From Mobula hypostoma (lineage: Eukaryota): a stretch of 64,000 bases of DNA. The notes under the pieces are model-generated. The model was not told where the DNA came from, did not search any database, and saw only the letters and a program-made list of their open reading frames with translations. Position 1 is the first letter of the stretch. Each line of letters starts with the position of its first letter. This document shows, one piece after another, positions 38,435 through 50,330 of this stretch. A program made the translations under genes and the position numbers. Location of the stretch: positions 372,001-436,000 of the forward strand of contig NW_026948182.1 in NCBI RefSeq assembly GCF_963921235.1. The letters are read 5' to 3'.

Positions 38435-38885
38435 GGTCACCTACCTACAGAAAAGATTTAAATAGGGTTGAAAAAATACAGAAAAAAATGTAAGGATGTT
38501 GCTGGGTCTGGAGAGCCTGAGTTATGAGGAGAGATTGAAGAGTTTAGGACTTTATTCCTCGGAAAGTAGATAGTTGAGATGAGATGTGAACCAGGTATAC
38601 AACATTATGGGGGGTAGAGATGAGATGAATGCAAGTAGAGATCATGGGTTACGGTTTAAGGTTGAAAGTTAAGGTGAAAAGTTTAAGTGAAATGTGAGGG
38701 GAATATTCTTTACACAGTGGGTCGTGAGAGTGTGGAACGAGCTGGGAGCTGCAAGTGTTACATGGGACCTCGATTTCAATGTTTAAGAGAAGTTTGGATG
38801 GTCGGGGTATGGTGGGCGATTACCCCTGGGCAGGTCGATGGGAGTAGGCTGGTTAAGTGCTCGGCCGTAGGCCCTGTTTTTGTGA
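38435..38885 (+). mobile_element. Older CR1 3' fragment
   Basis: ggtcacctacctacagaaaagat...ggatgttgctgggtctggag...; degenerate. Confidence 0.75.
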
Positions 38886-38887
38886 AT

Positions 38888-38975
38888 GGACTGCTGAAGG
38901 GTCTCGGCACAAAACGTCGACTGTGCTCTTTTCCATAGATGTTGCGGCGCCTGCTGAGTTCCTGCAACAGTGTGG
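38888..38975 (+). mobile_element. Penelope-derived short repeat with degenerate hammerhead motif
   Basis: ctgctga-a-gggtctcggcac-aaaa-cgtc-gactg...ttttccatagatg. Confidence 0.65.
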
Positions 38976-39039
38976 TATTGTTTCCATGACTCTATGACTT
39001 ATTCGTCACTGATTCATAATACTGGCAACGGGTTGATTA

Positions 39040-39425
39040 ATTAAAGATCCGAAATAAATATCAGTTGAACTATTTAACACATTAATTTCACAAGAATATT
39101 CCAACGGTGTAGATAAGTTTGAAGCCGTTTCACATTGCATCGCCCACTGCCCCACACGCTTCCCGTCGCAGATCTTTCATAACCACGGTAACAAACAAGG
39201 TGCTGGGGGAACTCAGCCGTTTCGGCAGCATCTGTGGAGCTGAATAATAAATCGATGTTTCGTGCTGAGACACCTCAGTGGTATTCGATTCGAAAGGAAT
39301 GAGGAAGAGGCCAGATAATCCATTTGGAAGACGTGGGTTGTTGTTCTGTTTGGCTCTGAGCTCAGGGTCTGCGTGCGAGCAGCTGCCTGTCGGCACACAT
39401 TCCCCAGAACAGGGAGCGGCCTTTA
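39040..39425. repeat. Left arm of an inverted duplication; right arm ~43418-43800
   Basis: gctcagggtctgcgtgcgagcagctgcctgtc (~39360) is the near reverse complement of gacaggcagctgcttacacgcagaccctgagc (~43452); flanks also align. Confidence 0.8.
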
Positions 39426-39789
39426 ATCAGCCTGGCAATTCATTCTCATGCGGGTGTGAAAAAAAAAAGAAGTCACATCAGTATTTTATTTGACTATTTA
39501 TGCTGCACGGTAATGCGACAGAATGTTTAACATGATTTAAAGAAAATTACCGAGTGTCGTGAACCCGCAACGTTACCAGTTACATTTGCTGCGAGTTTAC
39601 AGCATTTTATGTTCACCTCAAGCTCGCATCATCTGCTGCTGTTTTAAAAATTACTTTTCGCGATGCCTTTGACTAAATCAAACTAAATACGACATTCCAC
39701 AATATAAAGAACATTATCAGGTATCTGGAACCTGATTCATTCCCAGTCGCAGTTGTCAGTAAACTTTTAAATGGGGTTAATGTACAGGC

Positions 39790-40185
39790 GAGAGTGAGGG
39801 GAAGGAACACAGTGATGTGGATGGTCAGGGGGTGAGCAGGGGTAGGGGAAGGCCAGGGTGTGGGTGTGGAATTTGGAGAGGGGAAAGCTGAAGATGCGTT
39901 TCACTGTATGGGGCAGGTAGAGTGAGGAAGAAGGGGGGCGAAAGCGAGAGAGAGAGCTAGAGAGAGATGGAAAGAGAGCAGAGAATGAGAGGTGAGGAGA
40001 GGGAGAGGAAGGCGGACGAGATCGGGAGACAGTGCTAAAGGAAGAGATTGTGAGAGAAAGGGACTGAAAGATTGTAAGAGGGTGAGTGAGAGAGGTAGAC
40101 AGCCTCGAAGTGGAATAGTAGAGAGAGAATTAGAGAAAAAGGGGGAGAGGGGAGGGAGTAAGGAGTAGGGCGAGAGTGAGGAATC
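39790..40185 (+). repeat. Purine-rich (GA) low-complexity tract
   Basis: Strongly G/A-biased on the plus strand. Confidence 0.85.
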
Positions 40186-40299
40186 ATAAGGTTAAGTATG
40201 ATTCCCCCAGTTTTGGGAGAATCTTCATTTTTAATGGATATTGAACCATGTTAAAGAGCTAAATTGAGGTGTGTGTCATGTAGAGGCAGGTGGGAATAA

Positions 40300-41860
40300 A
40301 TTAGATACTTATGGAGTATAGAAAATTCCAGCGAACACTTAAGAAAGAAACGAGGACGGTTATAAGAAGGTATGAGGTTTCCCTAGCAGACTAGGTGACG
40401 GAGAATCCAATGGGATTCCACAGATATTTTAAGAACAACGGGATTGCAAGGGACAAAATTTACCTTCTGGATTTTCAGTATGGCAAGTAAGGCGTGGAGG
40501 CAAAAAAGATGGGGGAATTCTTAAATTGAGTTTTCACATTTGCATTTCCTCGGGAAATGGATAGAATCTAGACAGGTGAGACAAAGCAACAGTAGGTCAT
40601 GGACGTGATAGAGTTTACAAAGGAGGACGTGATTGCTAACTTGAGGCAAATTAGAGTGGATAAATCCCCAGCGGCTGGGGACGCCGGACCCCAAGAGAGG
40701 CAAGTGTGGAAATTGCAGGGACGTAGCCAATATATTAAAATTATGTTCAGCGACGGGTGAGATACCAGAGCATTGGACGATAGCTAACTTTTGATCCGCT
40801 ATTTAAGAAATCTTCCAAAATATTAAGCAGGAAATTTTGGGCCGGTGCGCCTGACATAAGTAGCGGGAAAGTTATTGATAGGAGCGGCTATATGAGTATT
40901 TGAGGACAGATCAGGAATTGTCAGCAAGACTTTGTGTTTTCCAGGCCATCTTACAGATTTGCTCGAGGAAGTTACGAGGAATGTTACCAGAATAGTTAAT
41001 GAAGGCAAGGCAGTCGATGTTGTCCACTTTGCATTTGACAAGTTCCCGCGTGAGAGGTTGATCGATGAGGAAAATTAATTCGCTTGGCATTCAGAGTGAG
41101 GTAATAAATGAGAGTAGACATTGGCATTGTGGGAGAAGGCAGAGAGTGATAATAGATGGCTGTCTCTCCTATGCCGGCCTGTGACTAGTGGAATACCACA
41201 GGGATCGCTACTGGTCCAGTGCTGTTTGTCATGTATATCAATGATTTGGAGGACAATATGGTTAATTGAATCAGCACAATTGCGGATGACACCAAGATTG
41301 GGGGTGTAGATAACACCGAAGAAGCCTATCAGCTAGCAGTGGGATCTGGACCAGCAGGATAAGGGGGCTGACAATGGCGGATTGAATTTAATACTGACAA
41401 GTCTGAGGTGTTGCTCTTCCGTAGGAGCAGCCAGGGTAGGTGTTACTCAGTGACCGATAGGGCACTGAGGTGTGCGATGGAGCAAAGGCGAATGGAATAC
41501 AGCTCCATATTTCATTGAAAGTGGCGGCAAACCTTGATTAGGTAGTAAATAAATCTTCTGGCACATTGACCTTCATATTATTCAGTACAGGAGATTGCAT
41601 ATTATGTTAAATTGCATACGAAGTTTATGAGGCCTAATGCGGAGTATTGAGTGCAGTTTGCGTCACCTACCCACGGGAAAGATTTAATTAAGATTGACGG
41701 AGTACAGTGAACATTTACAAGGATATTGCCGTGATTCGAAAACTTGAGTTATAAAGGAAGATTGAATAGGTTACGACTTTGTTCGTTGGAACGCAGAAGA
41801 TTTGGGGGAGATTTGATGGAGGTGTACACAATCATGAGGGGTATAGATAGGGTAGATGGG
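40300..41860 (+). mobile_element. Heavily degraded CR1 ORF2 fragment
   Basis: gataaatcccca, gcatttgacaaagttcc, gtgactagtggaataccacaggg, gcggatgacaccaag, gggtatagatagggt. Confidence 0.8.
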
Positions 41861-41919
41861 GTAGAGAGATGGGGAGAGTGAGGGGTAAGTGAGAGGATAG
41901 AGGGGAGTAAGACTCCCAT

Positions 41920-42906
41920 TTTAAAATCAGCACACAATTCCTCCCCTGGCGCTCAGTTTCGATCATTACGTCGCTCCCTCCCAGGCGGCCATTCTGACAA
42001 CGGTTCCTACTTAAGTTCCTGCATCACTCCGTCAACAGCGACCATTTTCAAACAGCGCATCACTCCCTCCCTCGGTAACTTCTGGCCATTTGGAACTGAT
42101 GACTTTTAAGAGAAACAAATTCCATAAGTATTCCCAGCGGGTTGTGTTTCAAAAATCACTGCTTATGAAATGAAAGCCGCTGTTAACCGTGGGCGAGGGG
42201 GATTCTTGTGACAATAGTTGTCCGGATGGAATGCAATAATCCTTAGTACACGTATGTTACTAAATTCCCCTGAATTGAGAAGTGCTGAGAAAATCTTTGA
42301 CCGGTTGACTGTGAATATATATAGCCGAACTTTTTTGGTTGAATTTCAGTTTAAAGACAGCTCTCTGTACCCGAACAGGTGAGGGACGTTTGAGCTGAAA
42401 CTCTACCTACGCCGGACAGTCTCGTTTACACACGGGACGGAGCTCAGACCCTCCCAGAACCCGGAAAGTATCAAATTCGCAGCCTGTGACTGGCTGAGTT
42501 AAACAGAGAAACTCCGCCCCACTGGTTGCGATGAAAGAAAAAGGAGAGATCTGCACGGGAATCCGGACAGAAAGGTTAACGCAGCCGGTTTGTTTTCCTC
42601 TTCAGTGTTTGCTACACCGATCCCACTCCCGCCTCCTCCCGCTGCCAGACCCGTCCTGAGCCGGTGAGAGTTAGTGTGACCCGGACTGCGGCAGTCCCGC
42701 TCTACCCCGGCTCACCCGGCCCTGTCCATCTGTAATGAGCGACGGACACATCACAGCCGAGTGGCCTCGGGAGCGGCAGCTCAGACTCAACTCTCCGTAC
42801 AGGGTGAGCACACCGGTGCAGGAACATTGCCTGTTATCCGGGTAGTCAGACTGTGATTTCCCGGGACCACACTGATCGCCGTCCGGTTACAACATCAGAG
42901 GTGAGT
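41920..42906 (+). promoter_or_regulatory. CpG-rich promoter-like region and candidate first exon
   Basis: YY1-like GCCAT/ACCAT motifs 41985-42091, GC box ~42513, donor CAGAG|GTGAGT at 42900/42901. Confidence 0.45.
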
Positions 42907-43555
42907 GTTGACTATGATTCTGTACAATTATTCAGTGTTTGCAGCGAGGCTCGGCGTTGCTCGGTTCGGGAGTGAATTTAGTGGGAGAAGGTAGTTCTGA
43001 CATGTTCATGTTAACGAGTCAATTACTGTCCAAATGGATTAAGAGAAACGACATCGTTTCCGTCAACCAGAAATACTCTCCAGGGTGATTTCTACTGAGT
43101 GCGAGCAGAAGGCATCTTTCAGCCCGGTAGTGACATATGAAACATCCCACGGGTCTGTGACCCGTCACTGATCTCTCTTAAACAAGAGAAAATCTGCAAA
43201 TGCTGGAAATCCGAGCAACACGCACAAAATGCTGGAGGAACTCTACAGGCCAGGCAGCATCAATGGAAAAGAGTAGAGTCGGCCTTCGAGACCCCAGCTA
43301 ATGTACTTTACATCGCGTCACTGGCTCTATCGCTCTTCCCTGTAGCGGAACAGGTTAAACTTTCTTCACGCTTGAAGGACAGTGTTTTGTCGAACCGGTT
43401 TGGATCTGATTTCAGCGGAACGGCCGCTCTCTGTTCTGAGGAATGTACACGGACAGGCAGCTGCTTACACGCAGACCCTGAGCACCGAGTCTCACACAAC
43501 AACAAGCCGCACCTTCCAAATCAGTCAATCATCTGCCCGCTTCCCCTTTCCATTC

Positions 43556-43593
43556 CAGTCCTGATGAAGGGACTCGGTCCGTAACGTCGACTG
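43556..43593 (+). ncRNA. Minimal type I hammerhead ribozyme motif (Penelope-derived), core-mutated
   Basis: Stem I CAGTC/GACTG, CTGATGA at 43561-43567, stem II GGAC/GTCC, GTAA in place of GAAA, palindromic ACGT then C at the cleavage position. Confidence 0.6.
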
Positions 43594-44399
43594 TTTACAC
43601 CCATCCATAGAGCTGCCTGACCTGCTGAGTTCCTCCAGTGTTGTGTGTGTTGTCATGGATACGAGAGATCCGTGTGGGGCGGTGGGCAGGGCTATTTGTA
43701 AGATACGATACACCGTTTCCACACTGTCAGAATATTCTTGGGGAATTAAAGTGGGAATAATTCAGCTTCTGATATTTATTTCGGATCTTTATTTCCAAAC
43801 AACCGGTTGTCTGTGCATTGCATCAGCGATCAAGGAGATATTTGCTCCTTTTTTTAAGCCTCTTCTGGCGGCGGTGATTTGTGTGTTCCTACTGTTACCT
43901 ATTTGTATGGTTGAAAATTTTCACAAGTTAACTAAAGATTAAGAACAATGGCCACCTGTTTCAAAGCAAGGGTACGAGATCCGTACGGCAAACACATCTT
44001 CCGTTTTTAGAGTTTCTCATTCAGACGAATACATCTATTGTTCCTGTGTCGATTGTGAGCAATTTGAACTCTTCTCGTTTATTGCCAGTGGAAGCAAAGT
44101 CTTTGATTCTGTTGAAGGCCGAGATTCCTGATGAACAGCGGATTTGAAGCATTACAGGGATGGACACGGGGAAAGCATAATGAACTTTTGGATCAGTTCA
44201 GCAATGATCTCGGTATCTGCAGCAGCAGTTTCGAGGGCCGGTGTGGTCTGGTTATGCGTGTTGGTCCGTTGACCAGAAAAGTTCTGACAATTTAATTAAT
44301 GTAAACTGGTATAATGACTGCATGCGAAGGGAGATAGGATTTTATTTATGTATTTGAACTGAAAACAAACATTATTTATTTATTCCAGATTTGTGCGTT

Positions 44400-44842
44400 A
44401 TTTACGTGCCCCAGCCTGCGTTAGGGGGTCGGATTTATGACTAACTCGGCGTGCTGGACAGCACAGTATCGGACGGAGAGACACGCTCCCCGTTCCCTTT
44501 TAATCCCACTGCAGACTCCCTGGGGCTCTCGTGGTCCAGCTCACAGCCCCGCCCCGCCCACCGCCCGACACGCGCGCTCTCGCGCTCCCGGGCTCACGAT
44601 GAGACCTTTTGGGAAACCTTGCACGCCCGTCATCTGTCAGAGATCTGTTGTCAGGTGATGTGCGAGTTATTTAGCACCCTTCAGTGCCCGAAAATGTCAA
44701 TGTATGCCTCACCTCAGACTGAACTGTCTATGCAGGTTAAGCACACTGATTGTGATAGTCCATTGTCGCTCATCTGGGAAGACAGACTGTGGTTACCCGG
44801 GACCGCACCGAACACCATCCGGTTACAGCATCAGGTGTAAGT
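44400..44842 (+). promoter_or_regulatory. GC-box cluster and candidate first exon paralogous to 42845-42906
   Basis: gccccgccccgcccaccgccc at 44546-44566; cagactgt...cccgggacc...tccggttaca(g/a)catcag followed by GTAAGT at 44837. Confidence 0.45.
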
Positions 44843-45389
44843 GGTGTCTCCTATATCCGGTTGTGGGTATTATCGGTTTCCCTGCTGGAGAAAGGGTTAA
44901 CGCGACTTTGATCATTCCCTAGTGAGAGTGAATTGGGACGTTACGGGCCAAAACCCTTCGGCAGGACTGGAGAATAATAGGTGGGGGTGGGGGAGGGAGA
45001 GAGAAACACAAGGTGATCGGTGAAACCTGAAGGGAGAGGGGATGAACTTTCCCGAACTGGCGGCCTCGCCTCGCTTCCCTGACAGAATCTGCCGGGGTCG
45101 GTCCGGGTTGTGAGACCTTCACACCGAACCGTCTGAGATGAGCCGCCGCTCAGCCCCTGTTGTTCTGGTCCTGTTAGCATGATGACGTAAAACATATTTC
45201 TGTATTGTTACTGACAGAGAATTGTATAATTATGCTCCGTGTGTTATCTGAATGTACTTGCCTGTGATGCTGCTACAAGTCAGTGTTTCTCTGTCCCTGT
45301 ACCTTCCCGTACTTGTGCACTTGACAATAAATTCAACAGGACCTCAGAAATCTCAGTGAGATTTGATTAGTGATGATCATCTTGGCAGT

Positions 45390-45975
45390 TCGGTAGATCG
45401 AATGTAAAAAGCCAGTACACTGTTAAATGGAAAACCCTGAACAGTGTTGATGGTCAGAGGGATCTTAGAGTCCAAGTTCATCGCTCCCTGAAAGAAACTA
45501 CACAGTTAGATCGGGTGGTTAAGAAGGCAAATGGCGTGGTTGTCTTTATTAGTTGAAGCATTGAGTTCAAAAGTCGGGAAGTTGTGTCGCAGCTTTATAA
45601 AACTAGTTAGGCCACATCTGGAGTATCTCATACAGTTCTGGTCGCCCCCATTCTAAGAAGGATGTAGGGGCTTTGGAGAGGGTGCAGAAGAGGATTATCA
45701 GGATATTACCTGGATTAGATCGCATGAGCTATAACGAGAGGCTGGACAAACTTACGTTGTTTTCTCTGGACACACGCAGGCTGGGGTGAGACTTGATAGA
45801 CGTTTATAAGTTTACGAGAGACAACCATAGAGTAGATAGACAATATCTTTTTTTTTTCCCAGGGTTGAAATATATGAGATAAGAGGCCATGCATTTAAAG
45901 TGAGAGGGAGTAGGTTAAAGGAGATGTGAGGGGTAAGTTTGATTTTCCCCCACGGAGTGAGTCACTGGAATTTGT
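45390..45975 (+). mobile_element. CR1 3' ORF2 fragment
   Basis: cagagggatcttagagtccaagttcat...cagttctggtcgcc...gagagggtgcagaagagg. Confidence 0.8.
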
Positions 45976-45984
45976 TCCCTGGGG

Positions 45985-46150
45985 AGACCCGCCACTCTGA
46001 TTGCGCAATAATCACTCTGCGCATGCTCACAGCCCCCGGGGGGGGGGGGGGGCGGTGGTTATTTCCCGTTCGTTATTGAAGCGGATCGCCTGTGGGATCG
46101 GGAGAGGGAAAGGGTCCTCCGGGGGAGAGACCAGATTTCCATCGGTGAGT
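45985..46150 (+). promoter_or_regulatory. Promoter-like module and candidate first exon
   Basis: C/EBP palindrome ATTGCGCAAT at 46000-46009, NRF1-like TGCGCATGCTCA at 46018-46029, poly-G, donor TCG|GTGAGT at 46145. Confidence 0.5.
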
Positions 46151-47409
46151 ACTGAGACCGGTGTCGACTTGGATGGTCTGATGTTGGGCAGTGAGTCCCG
46201 TTAACCTGTCGGCCATTTATTCATTATTTTCCAGCTATCTGGGCTCCTGAAAGATGCATATATTTCACTTAATTCTCCCGGCGGAAGATCCCAATCAGCA
46301 ACCCAGGCGGTCAATTTCCACACAATTAAAATGGTGAATCGGCCTCAGGATAGAGGGCACCTATTTAAAACAGATGCAGAGAAATTTCTTTAGCCATAGT
46401 GTAGTGAATTTGTGAAATTAGCGGACGCAGCTGTGGAGCTAGGTCGGGGGTACTTAAGACTGAGAGTAGATGGGAAATTGAGAAGAGAAGTGAGAGGTGG
46501 GAATGGGGCAAGAGATGGGGAGTGAGAAGTGGATGCAGCTGAGAGGCGAGGTGGGAAGTTGGAGGTAGTGTCAGGGTTGGGATAAGAGTGGTGGGGGGAA
46601 ATACGGGGCTGCAGTCATTGGAAATTAATTCCATAGAGGGTTAACAAAGAGGTGAGAGAGTATTTGTTATAGAGAGTGCAATGAAGATTCACCAGACTGA
46701 TCCCTGGAGTCATCATATGAAGAAAGATCAAATGCGATAACCCTTTCATTTAGAGAATTGAGGACTGAGAGGTGACCACATTGAAATGTACAACATCATT
46801 ACCGGTTGAACCAGGGATCCCAGTCTCTGAATAAGGGGGTGGACTGTCCGGGACTGAGATGAGGGGAAATGTCTCCACTCCAAGGGGGGTGAATGTCTGT
46901 AAATCCCCACCACAGAGGGCGGTGAAGACTCAGTGATCGTCCTCACATAAAACAGAGGCCGGCAGATGTGTGGAGACTGAAGGGATCAAGGAAATGAGGC
47001 TCAGACAGAAACTCGTGGCTGAGATGGGAGAGCAGTCGCTATCTTGTTGATGGTTAGAGGGGCTGAATGGCCACAGATATAAAAGAGCAGAGAGATTGAA
47101 TAGACCTGCGAGATAATCGCAATACACAGAGGTAGTGAGTACCTGGAATGAGCTGCTCAGTGTTTGCATCGTTAGTTATCTACCTCGGGTTCAGTATTGT
47201 CACCGTGTTTGGAAATTCCCACTCTCTGCCGTCTGTCTGTGAGCAGCTGGAAATTAAAGAAACACTCAATATGCTAGCGACTTGAAATGTCCGACATAGG
47301 GTGTTGGAGGTGAAGCATTAACTTTTTTCCTCTGCACAGATATTCTTTATCTGTTGAGTGCTTCTTCTATTTGCAGTGTGTTTTTTTTATTTCAGAACAT
47401 TTCTTTGGA

Positions 47410-47640
47410 ATAATTTAACTCTGCTGGGAAATGGACTTGTGTAGGACGCACAATGTAATGCATTCTCTTACAGCACAGAAACATGGATAATTTAACTCTC
47501 CTGGGAAATGGACTTGTGTAGGACGCACAATGTAATGCATTCTCTTACAGCACAGAAACAGGGATAATTTAACTCTGCTGGGAAATGGACTTGTGTAGGA
47601 CGCACAATGTAATGCATTCTCTTACAGCACAGAAACAGGG
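47410..47640. repeat. 77-bp tandem repeat x3
   Basis: Units start at 47410, 47487, 47564; about 2 differences in total. Confidence 0.95.
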
Positions 47641-47824
47641 CTTTGAGCCCATCTAGTCGGTGCCATTTTCTGCCTGACACCATCTCCGTGCACTCATACC
47701 ACAGATATTAATACATCCCTCGTCCATGTGCCCATACAAACTTCTCTTAAACGCTGCAATTGAACCCGCATCCACATTCGCACCACCCTCTGAGTGAAGT
47801 AGTTGCTGCTCAGATTCCCTTTAG

Positions 47825-48445
47825 ATACTTGAGGAGGGAGGAGAAGATGGCGGAGCAACGCAGCGTGCGCGGCCTCCCCGGTGAATGATATCTGTATTTA
47901 ATAAGTAGGGTACCGTGCACAATTCTGATTTGATGGAGACAGATGTGAGAGCACGGAGGAACATCTGGAGAAACTTCTGAAATGCCCGCTTCGCTGTCGC
48001 TGCTACTGTGTGGTCCGGAATCTCCGGAGGAGAAGGCCCCGAGTCCTCGGCTTTGCTTGTTTCGGCGGCGGGGACGAGGTCGAAGGCGCTCGGGAGGCTG
48101 TATCGGAGGGGCTGGTCGAAGGCTCGAAGTTTCTGGACGGACTCAGAGTCTGCTGTGGTCAGCTGCTTCCAATGCATCGGCAGTTGTCGGTGCCTGGAAG
48201 TTTATGGCAGGAAGAGTTCCTCCCTTTTTGCCGCCTGCTATCGGAGTTGATCGGGACTTGAAACTTCTTTTTTTACCGTGCCCATGGTCTGCTCTTTGTC
48301 AAATTATGGTACTGCTTTGCACTGCTGTAACTATATGTTATAACTATGTGCTTTTGTCAGTGTTAGTCTTTGGTTTGTCCATTTTTTGTGATATCACTCT
48401 GGAGGAACAATGTATCATTTCTTAATTCATGCATTTCTAAATGAC
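47825..48445 (+). mobile_element. Non-autonomous retroelement (SINE-like, CpG-rich head)
   Basis: Starts near AAGATGGCGG (YY1 motif), CpG-rich body, T-rich tail; interrupts a CR1 that is continuous in the 58 kb paralog. Confidence 0.65.
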
Positions 48446-48560
48446 TATAATCTAAACAAAATCACTTTTCTCCCTAAACCCATGACTTTACCCAACCTGA
48501 GGGCCAAAAGCCAACACGCATTCACCCTATTTCTACCATTGTAGTTTTGTATACCTCTAG

Positions 48561-48640
48561 CAGGGATTCCCAACCTGGAGTCCACGGATGCCATGGTTAA
48601 TGGTAGGGGTCCATAGCATAAAAAGGATTGGGAACCCCTG
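48561..48640. mobile_element. 80-bp hAT-like MITE
   Basis: TIRs CAGGGATTCCCAA / TTGGGAACCCCTG; second copy at 57794-57870. Confidence 0.75.
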
Positions 48641-49299
48641 CTAACATCTGCCGTCATTCTGTGCATCACGGAATCAATTTCTAACCAGTTCAATCTACCC
48701 CTGTAACTGAGTTCCTTAAATACCAGCAACATGGTTGAGAAGTAAAATAATTTCCAGATGTATATTCTAGATATTTCTCTGACTTTAACTGTACCTTTGA
48801 AATATTCTGTGTCTGCCAGGGCTCCTGCAGTCTCTGCATCAGCCTGCCACAAGGTCCGAGGGACACCTTGTCAAGCCCTGGGGATTATCCATCCTAATTC
48901 ATGTCAAGACAGCAAGCTTCTGTTGTGTAATCCGTATACAATCTATGACTTAACTAACTTTCCTCGTTTCTGTATCTGACTCCCAAGTAAATTCGGGCAC
49001 AGAGTTATCATTGAAGATTTTCCCATCTCTTTCGGCTCCATGCTCAGTTATATCAGATCATCAGGAGATACCTTGAGACAGTTATTGGGGCAGTACGGAA
49101 ACCATAGGTTTTCTCAATAAATTATCCGGCCAGCAAATTGTCTGTTATCGATGGAAATGTGCTCATTACAGTGTTTGTTTACAAAGTTCACAACAGTGAT
49201 TCTGGAATGAGAGGCTTTAAGTATGAGGGGAATTTGATGTCTCTAGGACTGTTCTCAATGGTACGGTGGTGAGTCTGTGAACAGGAACCTCATTGAAAT

Positions 49300-50330
49300 C
49301 ATGACGTCTTTTGTAAATATCTCAAAGTGGACATTTGGAGCAGACAGGCCGCATCCAGCAGTGTGTTTTGATTTTGGAACAGCTTCTGCACTGCTGGAAG
49401 TTCTGTAGGGATGGAAATACCAACAGATTTACTGGATGCACCTCGAGACAGGATTAAAATAACCACTGAAATTTTAGCTTCCCCATAACAAAATGGCCGA
49501 GGTGTTGTCTGTTCATCTTTGTCATAATGAAACTCAAAGCATGTCAAGTTGAGTCTGCTATTTCCCATTTCAGTTCGTTTTCCTGAGCCACTTCCTCCAT
49601 CACCAGGGTAACAGCCCACCAGAGCTACAGGGTGTTGAACATTTTTGTCTCTCTCTGGTCACTGTCCCTCAGTGGCCTCTGGAGACGGTGTGGATGCCCG
49701 AATGCCTTGAGCATTCACTGTCTGGAATGTGAATCCTTTGTTGGGATGAAGAAGATAACTAATGAATGTAGGGATTGCATTTATACAAATCTGATTAGAA
49801 TGTCGCTAACATCTTGCAGTCAGTCAATATTTGTACATCAAAAAGAAGAAAAACCTGTAGTGAGTTTACAGTGATTTATTTTCAATTTTATATTAAAAGA
49901 TTTTGTTCTTGTTACACTACAGGAGTTGTGGCAGCCCATTGCTCTGCTCCAGATCCCGCTCAGCAATAACATGGTGAACAAATGTGCTCAATTTACCTGC
50001 TGCAGACAAGTTGAAATATATTCCCAGCTGCTGGTGACCCATAGCCTGGGTTCCCTGCCCAGTTAAAGCATCATCAGGTTCCAGTTATGTTTGAGACGAG
50101 GGAGGTGTTAGTTTTAGAACTGGGAATAGACAAGACACCGCAGCATATTACCGACTGGGAAGAGTCCTGAGAGTGTTAGTGATTGGACTAAAATCCTGGG
50201 ATGCGGCTCCAGGATTATGGAACTGGCAGTGTCTGGACTTCGTCTTTGGCTTCGTGCTTCTGCAAATGGGGCTGGATTTTCTTCCTTCTGCAATGGAGCA
50301 GAAGTTTCCGGTCTGGTGGGTGGACGTTGG
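49300..50330 (-). pseudogene. Copy of the unidentified relic (C-B region)
   Basis: Colinear with 58225-59265; ORF 49299..49619 (FHYDKDE...PFCYGEAKISVV) is in the same frame as ORF 58398..58700. Confidence 0.5.

Larger units (their letters stand above)
47641..48750 (-). mobile_element. Old CR1 3' fragment with nested insertions
   Basis: Reverse-complement homolog of ~57740-58210; interrupted at 47825-48445 and 48561-48640. Confidence 0.7.

Noticed and set aside
47410-47640. CRISPR-like array (also the 57-bp repeats)
   Set aside because: Head-to-tail repeats with no unique spacers, no cas genes, vertebrate context
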